A stretch of DNA of 64,000 nucleotides, from NCBI GenBank assembly GCA_965237525.1, contig CBDEFO010000003.1:224001-288000 (forward strand), in the 5' to 3' direction. Of this stretch, positions 21,113 through 30,971 are shown one piece after another; position 1 is the stretch's first letter; each line of letters begins with the position of its first letter. Both the position numbers and the translations under genes were made by a program. The notes beneath the pieces were generated by a model that worked only from the letters and a program-made list of their open reading frames with translations, did no database searches and was not told the DNA's origin. The DNA is from Candidatus Latescibacterota bacterium (GTDB lineage Bacteria; Latescibacterota; CBDEFO01).

Positions 21113-22939
21113 ATGTACGGATGGACAGGAAAGATTCTGCGCGTTGACCTTACGCGCGGCACGTGGCAGGTTGAGGATGTGCCGAAAGCGTGGATGCGCG
21201 ATTTTGTCGGCGGACGCGGGCTGGCGGCCAAGTACCTATACGAGGAGATGGACCCTATGGTGGACGCTTTAAGTCCCGAGAATAAATTGATTCTGGCTAC
21301 GGGTCCCCTTACTGGCACGCCCGTCTCCTGCGGTGCGCGCTATATGGTCGTGACCAAGGGGCCTTTGACAGGGGCTATTACCACATCCAACTCCGGCGGA
21401 CACTGGGGACCGGAGCTCAAGTTCGCAGGTTACGATATGGTCATCGTAGAGGGGAAGGCACAAAAGCCGTCCTACATCTTCATCTACGACGACCGCGTGG
21501 AAATACGCGATGCCAAGAACGTATGGGGCAAGACGGTCTCTGAGACTGAAGACCTTATCCGTGCGGAATTGGGCGTTCCGGGCACGCGTGTGACGGGCAT
21601 AGGCCCTGCAGGAGAAAATCTCGTTCGGTTCGCCTGCATTATCAACGACAAGCACCGTGCGGCGGGGCGCTCCGGTGTGGGCGCCGCTATGGGTTCCAAG
21701 AACCTGAAGGCTATCGCCGTGCGGGGCACAAAAGCTGTCAGGGTCGCGCGCCCTGAGGATTTTATGCGCTCTATGTGGGACTTTGCCCAAAAGCTTGCCA
21801 AAAGCCAGGAGCGAGCAGGCCTGACAGAATTAGGCACACCTCCGACTATCGATCTTGTCAACGCCTTCGGCGGCCTTCCGACGCGCAACTTTCAGGAGGG
21901 ACAGTTCGAGCAGGCGGACAACCTCAATGGCAACAGCATCAAAGACCAGCGGCTTGTAACAAATAAAGCCTGTTTTGCGTGCAATATCGCCTGCGGGCGA
22001 GTGACGCAGTTGGGGGACGGATCGGGCAAGTTCCTGGTCAACACTCACCCGCGCAACTGGGACGTAGCCGGCGAAGGCCCCGAATACGAGACGGTCTGGG
22101 CGCTCGGCGCAGATACGGGTGTGGGTGACCTGGACGCGGTGATCAAGGCTAACTTCCTTTGCAATGATCTGGGTATGGACCCCATCTCGATGGGTGCGAC
22201 ACTTGCCGCTGCGATGGAACTCTACGAGAAGGGCTTCATCAATGACTCGATGGTTGAAATTCCCCTGGAGTTCGGAAGCGGCGACGCCCTGGTGCGTATG
22301 ACAGAGGCGACGGGCTACCGAGAAGGCTTCGGAGACGAACTTGCCCAGGGTAGCAAACTCATGACGGAAAAATTCGAGCATCCCGAATTCTTTATGGGCG
22401 TCAAGGGCCAGGAATTTCCGGCTTATGACCCGCGGGGTTTCCAGGGCATGGGAGTCGCCTATGCCACCTGCAACCGCGGCGCATGCCACATTCGAGCCTG
22501 GACGCCCGCTGTAGAGGCGTTAGGGGATATGGACCCGCATACGACCGAGGGCAAATCCAAATGGGTAGTAGACGAGCAAGATAGGACGACGGTGCACGAT
22601 GCGACGGGTATCTGCCTGTTCATCACAGCGGGCTCTTCGCTTGAGGACCTCCTGCCCTGCCTTATAGGAGCTACAGGTATCGATTACACCTGGGACGACT
22701 TCGTCAAAGCCGGTGAGCGCATCTGGAACATCGAGCGCCTTTGGAACCTCAAAGCGGGGCTGACTTCCAAGGACGATACCCTGCCCAAGCGTCTGATGAC
22801 CGAGGCGCACAAATCGGGACCGTCGGAGGGCGTCACCGTCAAGTTAGACCAGATGTTGCCCGAGTACTACGAAGAGCGAGGCTGGACGCCCGACGGAGAG
22901 CCGAGGGAGGAGAAACTTGTGGAGCTGGGACTGATGTAA
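21113..22939 (+). CDS. aor: Aldehyde:ferredoxin oxidoreductase (tungsten AOR family)
   Basis: YGWTGKILRVDL, SNSGG, AAGRSGVGAAMGSKNLKAI, CxxCxxxC, EGPEYET, DDTLP-like KDDTLPKR; SD AAGGAG. Confidence 0.93.
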   Translation: MYGWTGKILRVDLTRGTWQVEDVPKAWMRDFVGGRGLAAKYLYEEMDPMVDALSPENKLILATGPLTGTPVSCGARYMVVTKGPLTGAITTSNSGGHWGPELKFAGYDMVIVEGKAQKPSYIFIYDDRVEIRDAKNVWGKTVSETEDLIRAELGVPGTRVTGIGPAGENLVRFACIINDKHRAAGRSGVGAAMGSKNLKAIAVRGTKAVRVARPEDFMRSMWDFAQKLAKSQERAGLTELGTPPTIDLVNAFGGLPTRNFQEGQFEQADNLNGNSIKDQRLVTNKACFACNIACGRVTQLGDGSGKFLVNTHPRNWDVAGEGPEYETVWALGADTGVGDLDAVIKANFLCNDLGMDPISMGATLAAAMELYEKGFINDSMVEIPLEFGSGDALVRMTEATGYREGFGDELAQGSKLMTEKFEHPEFFMGVKGQEFPAYDPRGFQGMGVAYATCNRGACHIRAWTPAVEALGDMDPHTTEGKSKWVVDEQDRTTVHDATGICLFITAGSSLEDLLPCLIGATGIDYTWDDFVKAGERIWNIERLWNLKAGLTSKDDTLPKRLMTEAHKSGPSEGVTVKLDQMLPEYYEERGWTPDGEPREEKLVELGLM

Positions 22940-22983
22940 GAACGAACAGAAAAGTTGCGGCGTTCTGCCTCAGTATACTGTAG

Positions 22984-24287
22984 CGGTTATTTATCAAATG
23001 AAATCGGTGCACTTCTCTTTCGATCTTTGATTGATCTTGAATGATAGGTTTTCGACAATCTTTGGTTTCTGTTCTTTTTCAAAATGGATGTATAATTGTT
23101 CTTCTTTTAGGTTCCATTCAGCCAGGACAAAGTAGTTGGTGTAAGAGGAGGGAAGAGATACTTTCTCATTTAGGACATCGATAAAGGCTTTATCTGTCTG
23201 TTCTGTGTCCTGTTTGACTTGTCTGATAAAATAGGTCTTGGGAATGAAATCTTTCTCGTTTGACTTCTCTTGCTTAGGTGGACGGTAGCCGGTGTATCTC
23301 TGTGATGAAAGATTAAACCATTCTAACTTCTGATCAACTTCTTGTAAGCTTTTGAACTGAATTCTGTTCCAGAACTTCCTTGAAAATACAGAATTGTTGC
23401 CTTCTATAGATGCTTGAGAAAAGGGCCTTCTGGGAACGGCAAATATCGGAATCACTTGATTTTTCAAGAGAAACTGCATTGCTTTGCTGACATTCCTTTT
23501 ACCTGAAACACTGCCAATAGTCGCCGAGCAATTGTCCACCTTAACGAAATCTGGTTTTTCAAACCTGTCAAAGAAAGACTGACACTTCTCGATAAAGTTA
23601 GTTGCTGTTTGACCGTCAACCCGCCGAAAATACCTTAACTTAGGCTCTTTCTTAAAGGAAAATCCAACGAAGTTGACCGGCTCAGTTCTGCCGGTAAGAT
23701 ACTTTTTACCAATAAAGTCTGATTCTAGGACTCTGCCTCCTGAAAGATAGTAAATGGTATACTCTGGATAACAAAGATAACGAGATGCACCCTTGTTTTT
23801 ACCTTTCTTCCTTCTCTGGGAAAGTCCTAAATCTGAAAGCATTCTGCCGATAGTCGGCAACGACGGAGGAGGGGTGCTAGAATATCGATTCCTCCATTCT
23901 TGTTCAATAACAGTGGCTCCTGAATAGAACTGATAAGGATCGTCCTCTAAGCTATGGTAAATCTCTTTGATTCTCTGTTCGTCAACTTTAGCCAATTTTC
24001 GCCTTTTTCCTTTTGGCCAACCCCGATTATCCATGGCAAAATCCTGATCCAGAGATTTAGTCCAAGCCGTAACGAAATCATTGGAAACTCTCGCTTGTTT
24101 GATAACTTCTCGCTTTGACATTTCTTTCTTAAAATACATCTCGTTGACTTCTTGTCTTAATACGGCCAATCTCTCTTTGTCCATAGGACTCCGTAGATTA
24201 AAGTTAAGACAATCAACTCAACTTAATCTACTAATACTCTAAACAAAGATCAAATTAGGTGCACCGATTTCATTTGATATTCAACCG
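22984..24287 (-). mobile_element. Intact IS with ~29-bp imperfect TIRs and 4-bp GTAG target duplication
   Basis: Left CGGTTATTTATCAAATGAAATCGGTGCAC, right (rc) CGGTTGAATATCAAATGAAATCGGTGCAC; GTAG at 22980-22983 and 24288-24291. Confidence 0.9.
22994..24184 (-). CDS. DDE transposase, integrase-core type (IS481/ISNCY-like)
   Basis: N-terminal HTH; ESDF, KVDN, QASIEG putative D-D-E; fills the TIR-bounded element. Confidence 0.8.
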   Translation of the reverse strand: MDKERLAVLRQEVNEMYFKKEMSKREVIKQARVSNDFVTAWTKSLDQDFAMDNRGWPKGKRRKLAKVDEQRIKEIYHSLEDDPYQFYSGATVIEQEWRNRYSSTPPPSLPTIGRMLSDLGLSQRRKKGKNKGASRYLCYPEYTIYYLSGGRVLESDFIGKKYLTGRTEPVNFVGFSFKKEPKLRYFRRVDGQTATNFIEKCQSFFDRFEKPDFVKVDNCSATIGSVSGKRNVSKAMQFLLKNQVIPIFAVPRRPFSQASIEGNNSVFSRKFWNRIQFKSLQEVDQKLEWFNLSSQRYTGYRPPKQEKSNEKDFIPKTYFIRQVKQDTEQTDKAFIDVLNEKVSLPSSYTNYFVLAEWNLKEEQLYIHFEKEQKPKIVENLSFKINQRSKEKCTDFI

Positions 24288-24461
24288 GTAGCCACTGGGC
24301 GACTGTCAAAGAGATGGTCGCCCTTTTTCCTATGCTCAACCATTATCCTCGCACTACAGAGTCGTTGCAGTTTGATACATACTTGCCAAGGAGGCTTGAA
24401 ATGCGAGGGACAATTTTACACATTTCCCTGGCGCTGTTGTCCCCGATTGAATCTATCAGGG

Positions 24462-24683
24462 ATCAACCTCCTGCTCCTTCGGATCCTTGCGACCACGCCG
24501 AGACTTCAGGCTCTCCTGGCCTCCTTCTAAGAAACTATCACGCCAAGCATACGCCTGCTACTGGCTGATTCCATTCTTCCGACATACTTCCGATACATCC
24601 ACTCCTTTCAAAAGAGTCAGCACCACCTCTGCCTTTCGGGTCACCGTCCAGCGCTTACTATCTTTCACTTCGGGGCTTGACAC
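24462..24683 (-). pseudogene. IS3-family OrfA-like transposase remnant
   Basis: Manual translation from GTG 24683 (SD AGGAGG): MSSPEVKDSKRWTVTRKAEVVLTLLKGVDVSEVCRKNGISQ*QAYAWRDSFLEGGQESLKSR. Confidence 0.65.
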
Positions 24684-25345
24684 TTTGACCTCCTTTCCCC
24701 GATAGTATCACTCGGGGACAAGCCTCAAACCCCAATTTGCAAAATATTTGTCGCTCTGTCAAGGGGAGCGGTATGCCGCAGCGTCTTCTACTGTAAGAAG
24801 ATACGATGCCGATGGCAGCAAAAAGACGACTTTCGGCAGAGTTTCGGCACCTTCGCCAAAAACAAGAGGATCAAAATGAAGTCCCACTTCGCGATCGAAG
24901 TAAAGAGCGTCCTCATTCATGCCCCTAACTTTTGCTTCGGTACATCCATGAGCAAATTGGAAGTATTGTTTAACTTCCTCAGTTCCTGGCATGTATCAGA
25001 AAGTTTTCCTGGGCTGATGTGAAAAACTTACTACAAAAGTTATGATCCAGCGGAGGAAGACACTCTTTGTTAATGTTGAAAGACCGGTTAAGTTCTCTGG
25101 GTGGGACATATGGAAAGGATTTAATCTTGTTAGAAACAGAAGACTTTTCCTTGTTATCTGCTCAAGGATTTAGTATATTAGTACGTATCACCTATGAGCA
25201 AGGTAGAAATATCTGGAGGAGGATTTACGTGAAAAAGTTTGTGGTATTCCCTCTTAGTGGACATGGAACCCTGCCGGCCTCATTTACTATTCATGAAGAG
25301 CAGTTAATTCTACTTGCTGAAGAAGAAAAGAAAACAGTCGAATCC

Positions 25346-25504
25346 GTTGATCTTCCTACAGTTCAGAAACTTATGGGACACAAGACCATCGAGATGACAT
25401 TACACTATGCCCATCTTACCCCAGATCATCTAAAAGATTCTATCAATAAACTGAATCTTGGTGGACACTATTTGGACACCGAGCAAAAACTGGAGGGCAG
25501 GTAG
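25346..25504 (+). pseudogene. Tyrosine recombinase/integrase C-terminal remnant
   Basis: VDLPTVQKLMGHKTIEMTLHYAHL carries the box II H and catalytic Y; upstream part of the ORF is unrelated. Confidence 0.85.
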
Positions 25505-25550
25505 AAACAGGATACTATTGCGTATGCTGTTGATAAACCATAACATACAT

Positions 25551-26648
25551 ATGAATGATCTAAAATCGTGGCTGACCCTATTTAACATTAAGGGTGTGGG
25601 ACCGAACCGCTTTCGGGCTCTTGTAGGGAAGTTCGGATCTCCCGCGGCGGCTCTTGAGGCGAGCACTTCTGATCTGATGTCCGTGCCTACTATAGACGAA
25701 AAGATATCAGCCGCTATAAAGGGATACGAAAACGAGGTGGAGATAGAAAGACAGATGGCGGCCATAGAAAAAAAGGGAGTTCGTCCTATCACGTGTTTCG
25801 ATACAGATTATCCCGAGTTGCTGAAGAACATATACGATCCTCCGCCTATGCTGTTTGTGAAGGGAACTATAAAGGAGGAGGATTCCTCGGCAGTGGCTGT
25901 GGTGGGTACGCGCAACCCTAAGCGCTACGGGAAGATGATGGCTGAAAAGCTGTCCAGGGACCTAGCTGATGGGGGAATTACCGTAGTAAGCGGGCTTGCA
26001 CGGGGAATAGACTCACTAGCGCATAAGGGCGCGCTGTCAAGAGGAGGACGGACAATAGGCGTGTTGGGCTGCGGCGTTGACGTGGTCTATCCCCCTGAAC
26101 ATAAGAAACTCTTTGAGGCCGTTATCGCTAATGGTGCCCTCATCTCCGAGTTTCCGATGGGGACAAGACCGGAAGCACCGAACTTCCCCCGCAGAAACAG
26201 AGTCATAAGCGGCATGAGTTTAGGTGTTGTGATAGTTCAGGCGCCGGCCAAAAGTGGCGCTCTTTTGACGGCTCGATACGCTCTGGATCAAAACAGGGAG
26301 GTATTTTCCGTACCAGGGAACGTGGACGATATGCAGAGCCGCGGGACAAATGGCCTCATCAAACAGGGGGCAAAGTTAGTAGAAGACGTAGAGGATATAC
26401 TTGTGGAGATAAAGAGCTCCCTAAGGATACCGATAGAGCCGAAGCCGCCTGTGCCTGATGACGTTGAGGAATTGGAACCTAATGAAAGGTCGGTGCTCCA
26501 GGCTCTGACGGACGAGCCAAAGCATATAGACGCCATATGCAATCAGACGAGCTTAGAACCGTCTATTACCTTGGCTGCACTCTTATCATTAGAACTTTCG
26601 GGACTGGTAAGACAGCTTTCGGGGAAGATGTTTTTAAGACAAGTATAG
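25551..26648 (+). CDS. dprA: DNA-processing protein DprA
   Basis: YPELLKNIYDPPPMLF, AVVGTR, VVSGLARGID, FPRRNRVISG, SGALLTA, C-terminal winged helix. Confidence 0.96.
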   Translation: MNDLKSWLTLFNIKGVGPNRFRALVGKFGSPAAALEASTSDLMSVPTIDEKISAAIKGYENEVEIERQMAAIEKKGVRPITCFDTDYPELLKNIYDPPPMLFVKGTIKEEDSSAVAVVGTRNPKRYGKMMAEKLSRDLADGGITVVSGLARGIDSLAHKGALSRGGRTIGVLGCGVDVVYPPEHKKLFEAVIANGALISEFPMGTRPEAPNFPRRNRVISGMSLGVVIVQAPAKSGALLTARYALDQNREVFSVPGNVDDMQSRGTNGLIKQGAKLVEDVEDILVEIKSSLRIPIEPKPPVPDDVEELEPNERSVLQALTDEPKHIDAICNQTSLEPSITLAALLSLELSGLVRQLSGKMFLRQV

Positions 26649-26665
26649 AAAGGAGAGCATAGGGG

Positions 26666-26776
26666 ATGGCTAAGACGCCGAGGAAATTGAGGATAAAAAA
26701 GAGAGCAAAGCAAAACGCCGCCGACAGGAGGGCTACAAGAAAGGCAAGCAGAAAAAAGGTCAAAAGACAGTTGTGA
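26666..26776 (+). CDS. Small highly basic protein (36 aa), not in ORF track
   Basis: MAKTPRKLRIKKRAKQNAADRRATRKASRKKVKRQL*; purine-rich SD-like sequence upstream, directly after dprA. Confidence 0.5.
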   Translation: MAKTPRKLRIKKRAKQNAADRRATRKASRKKVKRQL

Positions 26777-26823
26777 TTCCAAAGCCCTGCCGAAGTTGGC
26801 AACGCTCTCCGTTCTCTTCGGGC

Positions 26824-27357
26824 TTATTTCCACTTTATAGTGCAGCCAACAGCCTCCGTCTCAGTTACCGCAACTTCTGCTCCTGAAAGCACAGCGTCGA
26901 TGGCGTTTCTGAGATCCGGGGATTTGACGTTGTCGGGGTCCTCCCAGTTGTCGTCAATTCTGCCGTGATAGCGCAGTGTGCGTTGGGAATCGAACAGGAA
27001 CATCTCAGGAGTCCTCTCAGCTCCGTAGGCGGAGGCGGCACTCTGAGCTTCGTCTCTCAAATATGGAAAGTTGAAGCCCCTTTCCTCTGCCCGTATAACC
27101 ATATTGTCGAAGCCGTCTTCCGGGTGGTTCATATGCTCGTTGGGGTTGATAGCTACCAGAGCCACACCCTTGTCCTGGTAGTCTTTTTGTATGGCAATAA
27201 TTCTCTCTTCGTATGCCTGCGCATAGGGACAGTGGTTGCAAGTGAATGCCACGATTAACACTTCTTCATCCTTGAAATCGTCCATACTGTGATTCACCCC
27301 GTCCACGCCGGGAAGATCAAAAGGAGGTGCTTTGTCGCCTATCTGCAGATCTGCCAT
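26824..27357 (-). CDS. AhpC/TSA-type thioredoxin family protein
   Basis: GDKAPPFDL, FTCNHCPY, FPYLRDE, YHGRIDD, GCTIKWK. Confidence 0.9.
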   Translation of the reverse strand: MADLQIGDKAPPFDLPGVDGVNHSMDDFKDEEVLIVAFTCNHCPYAQAYEERIIAIQKDYQDKGVALVAINPNEHMNHPEDGFDNMVIRAEERGFNFPYLRDEAQSAASAYGAERTPEMFLFDSQRTLRYHGRIDDNWEDPDNVKSPDLRNAIDAVLSGAEVAVTETEAVGCTIKWK

Positions 27358-27439
27358 GCTATTTCCCTTCCTTTATATGATTAAGCTCCACTCGTGGCAT
27401 CACTTAGGAAGAATCAGTATTAATGCTTCCGTTGCGATC

Positions 27440-28288
27440 TTATCTTAGCAGAACCATCTTCCTTGTAGCGGTAAAGTCCCCCGCTTTCAAGATGTAGAAA
27501 TAGACTCCGCTCGCCACGCTCCTACCCTCTTCATCCAGACCGTTCCAGACTAAAGAATAGCTTCCGGCGTCCGTCTGGCCCTCCATAAGCTTCCTTACAG
27601 CCTGTCCGTTGATGTTGTAAATGACAAGCTTTGCCCTTGAGTCTTCGGGCACATCGTAAGCTATGGTGGTCTCAGGGTTGAAGGGATTTGGATAGTTCTG
27701 GGAGAGAGAATAGGAGGTCGGGATGTCCTTTGTGTCCTTGAAGCCTGAGAAGGTCCGTCTGACGACGATCTGAACTGGATCCAGGGATTCTATCAGGTCA
27801 ATGTCGTCTTTAGCGATCCCTTTGAGCTCAATTCTGGAGAGGGTGAAAGTGACTTCAGATCCTACGGGGAGTTCACCTGAAGGTATAAATGAGATTACCC
27901 CCAAGAGTCCGTCTCCAGAGGGGGTTGTACTCTGATCGGGCTTCACAATGGCGTTGGCTACGATGACCCTGTTCTCCCTTTGCGTCTTCAAAAAGATGGG
28001 TGTTGCACCTCCCCTGGAGGATAGTATGTTGCGCTTCCCTTCACAAGATGCCAGCGTGGAAGGCTCGTTCCAGGAGAAAAGCTCGCTGTCATATAGGAGG
28101 TCTATGCGGTAAGCCGTCAGGTCGGTTACGCCTTCTGCATAGACAGCCACATCTACAGTCTGCTGATTGGACTGATACAGGTCGAGTCTCAGTGAGGCTG
28201 CACTGTTGGTTCCTGCCATTGTCTCTGATAGAGGCATCAGCGTGACAGTCAGAAGGATAGCTCCAATGACGATGATTCTGGATATCAT
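27440..28288 (-). CDS. Secreted protein with cohesin-like domain and FlgD-Ig/T9SS-like tail
   Basis: Signal peptide with GGAGG SD; VDVAVYAEGVTDLTAYRIDLLYD and SGDGLLGVISF cohesin-like motifs; LSQNYPNPFNP tail. Confidence 0.75.
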   Translation of the reverse strand: MISRIIVIGAILLTVTLMPLSETMAGTNSAASLRLDLYQSNQQTVDVAVYAEGVTDLTAYRIDLLYDSELFSWNEPSTLASCEGKRNILSSRGGATPIFLKTQRENRVIVANAIVKPDQSTTPSGDGLLGVISFIPSGELPVGSEVTFTLSRIELKGIAKDDIDLIESLDPVQIVVRRTFSGFKDTKDIPTSYSLSQNYPNPFNPETTIAYDVPEDSRAKLVIYNINGQAVRKLMEGQTDAGSYSLVWNGLDEEGRSVASGVYFYILKAGDFTATRKMVLLR

Positions 28289-28447
28289 GATTTCCTCCTC
28301 CATTTAGGGTTTGAGATTATGTTCGATCTTGTGATCATGTTTACTGAGTATGTTTACGATTCTTATGCGTACAATATACAATATAATCGCTCAAAAGCCA
28401 AATCTTTTTTTCATCAGAGAATATTTAGTCAATATACAACCGTAAAA

Positions 28448-29139
28448 CTATCCTGTTTTGCCGAAGTTATCCAGAAAAAGGACAAAGTCGGAAAGGCCTA
28501 CCTTTTCATCATTATCCAAATCAAATGTAGAATCCCAATTGGTAGAACTGGACGTCGCCCCGAACACATCTAGAAACAGGACAAAGTCGGAAAGATCAAC
28601 TTCATTGTCCCCGTCGAAGTCTCCTGCCAGTCCGGTATCAGTGCCGTCCGGGCTGAGGAACTCTATTTCATAAATGACAGCGCCACCGACAACCTGGAGG
28701 CTGATGTTATCAATGGCAAATTCTGGCGAACCAGGGATATCGTACCAACCGGTGACTCCAGCGGGTACAATAGCCTCATGTCCGTAGAGCGACGTCAGCC
28801 CACCTACACGAAAGCCCTCCTCAGTGAAGCCCCCTCCTAAATAGCCGAATACTCTGTATTGGTACATCTTTCCAAGATAGACCCGGATAGTCTGAAGCCG
28901 TACAGTGTCAGGCCACGATACAGCCAACAAGCCGATCCAGTCCCATTCAATAGCGGGAGCGTCCGGGTCAATGTCGGGCGTGCCCCATCGGTGAGTGAGG
29001 CCACATCGCCTGTCCAGGTGTTGTGCGTGGTGGCCATGGTAACTGCATCGGGGGTGATGTCTCTGGCAGAAAAGCTTCCTATGGTCGCGAGGATGATAGG
29101 AACTCCCACGATCAGTAATATAACGATAATCTTATACAA
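28448..29139 (-). pseudogene. Secreted protein with discoidin-like region and C-terminal dockerin-like EF-hand pair; frameshift near 28980
   Basis: Signal-peptide ORF 28837-29139 joins ORF ending GDFDGDNEVDLSDFVLFLDVFG..FDLDNDEKVGLSDF. Confidence 0.7.
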
Positions 29140-29224
29140 GGGGTTCTTATCCTATTCCCACTGACACATTTGAGGAGGACTTTCCTGGTGCACTCAAAGA
29201 GAAAACCCTGAAGGTGAGAAAAGC

Positions 29225-30350
29225 TTATGCCTTCCACTCTTCAAGCCACTTATACTTCTCCGGCAAGTAGTCTCCCTGGCTCTGCTCGGCTGCTTGAGCA
29301 TAGATCTGCAAAAGTCGGATGTCCATCTCAGATAAGCCATCGCCCTGCGTCGCTCCGACGTTCTCCACAACTTCCTCTATAGAATTCATCGCTGGGATTG
29401 TGCTGGAAATCTCCTTGGCTTCCAAGATAAACCTCAATGCCGCCTGCGGGAGACTTGCCTCGACACCCTTCAGCTCCGCTCGAAGGGGATCTGAGGGTTC
29501 CAGGTTAAGCAAAGCTCCTCCGGCAAAGGGCTTGATCCCTATGAGCCCCAAGCCGGCTTCGCTGATCCGGGAGGCAAAGTCGGGCTCATCACAAGGCTCG
29601 AAGAAGCAGTCGACAGTTTGTTGAACGGCTTTCGGTGCTCGGGCAGGAGTCACTCCTGCCTTGATTTGTCCCCAGGAAGAGGCCTGAGCTGAGGTAACAG
29701 GACTTAATCTCTGATGCCGAAAGTTATACGGAAGGAACAGGTAGTCCAATCCCGGATTGGCGCTAAGTATCTCCAGCAATCTTTTCTGATCGTGATTCGT
29801 TACCCCAATGGCCCTTATCTTGCCCTGCTCCTTGGCCTGCTGCAAAATTTTGAAACGCTCGGTCTCGCCGCGCGCGTCGCGATAGAGATCGATGTAATCG
29901 GTGTTGAAGGTGTTCAAGGCAAATTCGATCTCCGCCATGAGGTCGTTCTGCACGGCGACCAGAGATATTACGACATCTTGGCGCACCGCTCCCAACACCT
30001 CGCTCATCAGATCAAACTGATGATAATTGTGCTCATAGATGTCGAATGAGGTTAATACCTAACTCTAAGCCTTTTCTGATTACCGCTCCTCTCGCCTGGG
30101 GATCACCCCTTTTGTCTTCATTGAGATGAGATCCAAAGCCCATCTCTGAGACGCGGATTCCTGTTTTACCCAGTGTTCTATATTTCATGTCCCCTGGAGC
30201 AGTAGTAGAGCCGGAACTTGCAACAGCAGGGGTTAACAATGCTCCAGCCCCTAAAGCAGCAGCACTCATTTTATGGATAAATTCACGCCGGGTGAGTTCT
30301 GTGGCCTTCGTTGACTGCGATCTATGATTGGAAGATCGAATAGACTTCAT
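29225..30350 (-). pseudogene. Tat-signal aldo/keto reductase, one frameshift near 30046
   Basis: TRREFIH Tat motif, MKYRTLGKTGIRVSEMGFG, TDYIDLY, GKIRAIGVTNH, IKPFAGG; removing one base restores GINLFDIYEH. Confidence 0.82.
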
Positions 30351-30460
30351 TTCAGTACCCTTTCATTTGGTGGTTTATATGCTGAGAGACTGATTGGACT
30401 TCAAGATATGGGGCTTATATACTTGAGTGCCAATGGGGGAGGTAAGTGTCATGACTGATT

Positions 30461-30781
30461 CTACTGTTCGGACAGAAGACGTGCAAGCTGATTCAGAGTT
30501 GTGTCAGAAAGATGTTGAAAAATTTGTTGCACAAGGTGTGTTAGATCTTGCTCATTACATAGAAAGACAAGGCCAGCATTTTCCGGTAGAGGAATCTCGG
30601 AACCTGTCAAAGTTGTTTCCCCACCTACCCCCTTGGACTCTTCCTCGCACTGCGTCAGGGGACGTATTATCATAGCAATATAATGAGGCTTATCATGCAC
30701 TTGACGAACTTCACAATATTTTGTCTGGTACACGCATCCAAACTCTTTATACAGTTCTTCGATGGTATCTGGTGAAGACAT
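30461..30781 (-). CDS. Hypothetical passenger protein
   Basis: 106-aa ORF with AAGGAG SD, divergent from the transposase. Confidence 0.45.
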   Translation of the reverse strand: MSSPDTIEELYKEFGCVYQTKYCEVRQVHDKPHYIAMIIRPLTQCEEESKGVGGETTLTGSEIPLPENAGLVFLCNEQDLTHLVQQIFQHLSDTTLNQLARLLSEQ

Positions 30782-30896
30782 CGCAAATCTCCTTGTTGAA
30801 GCGTGAGAAAGTTTAGTGCGGAATTTTTATTGTTTTGTCAAGTAAAAATGCTATATGGAGGACAGAAAAAGCCATACTTAAGTGCCACAATTATGC

Positions 30897-30925
30897 TTGA
30901 CATGGTGGTTCATATTGGGTATATT
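30897..30925 (+). promoter_or_regulatory. Sigma70-like promoter of the transposase
   Basis: TTGACA-17nt-TATATT upstream of 30972. Confidence 0.55.
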
Positions 30926-30971
30926 TAATTGTTAAACAATACGTTATCTCGGTTTTGAATCTCCACAAAAG

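Larger units (their letters stand above)
12391..25598. mobile_element. Genomic island integrated in the 5' end of dprA (attL 12391-12432, attR 25557-25598)
   Basis: 42-bp direct repeat with 1 mismatch matching dprA codons 3-16; tyrosine-integrase C-terminal remnant adjacent to attR. Confidence 0.8.

Noticed and set aside
24759..24992. 77-aa minus-strand ORF in the island
   Set aside because: No recognisable motif; lies in a region of gene debris
25067..25504. 145-aa ORF as a complete integrase
   Set aside because: Only the last ~52 residues are integrase-like; the rest of the catalytic domain is absent
25458..25550. Extended dprA N-terminus from the ORF track
   Set aside because: Overlaps the integrase remnant; similarity to the attL copy begins at 25557, favouring ATG 25551
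30427..30675. Plus-strand 82-aa ORF in the IS1595 left arm
   Set aside because: Overlaps the longer minus-strand ORF with a clearer SD; cannot be supported independently
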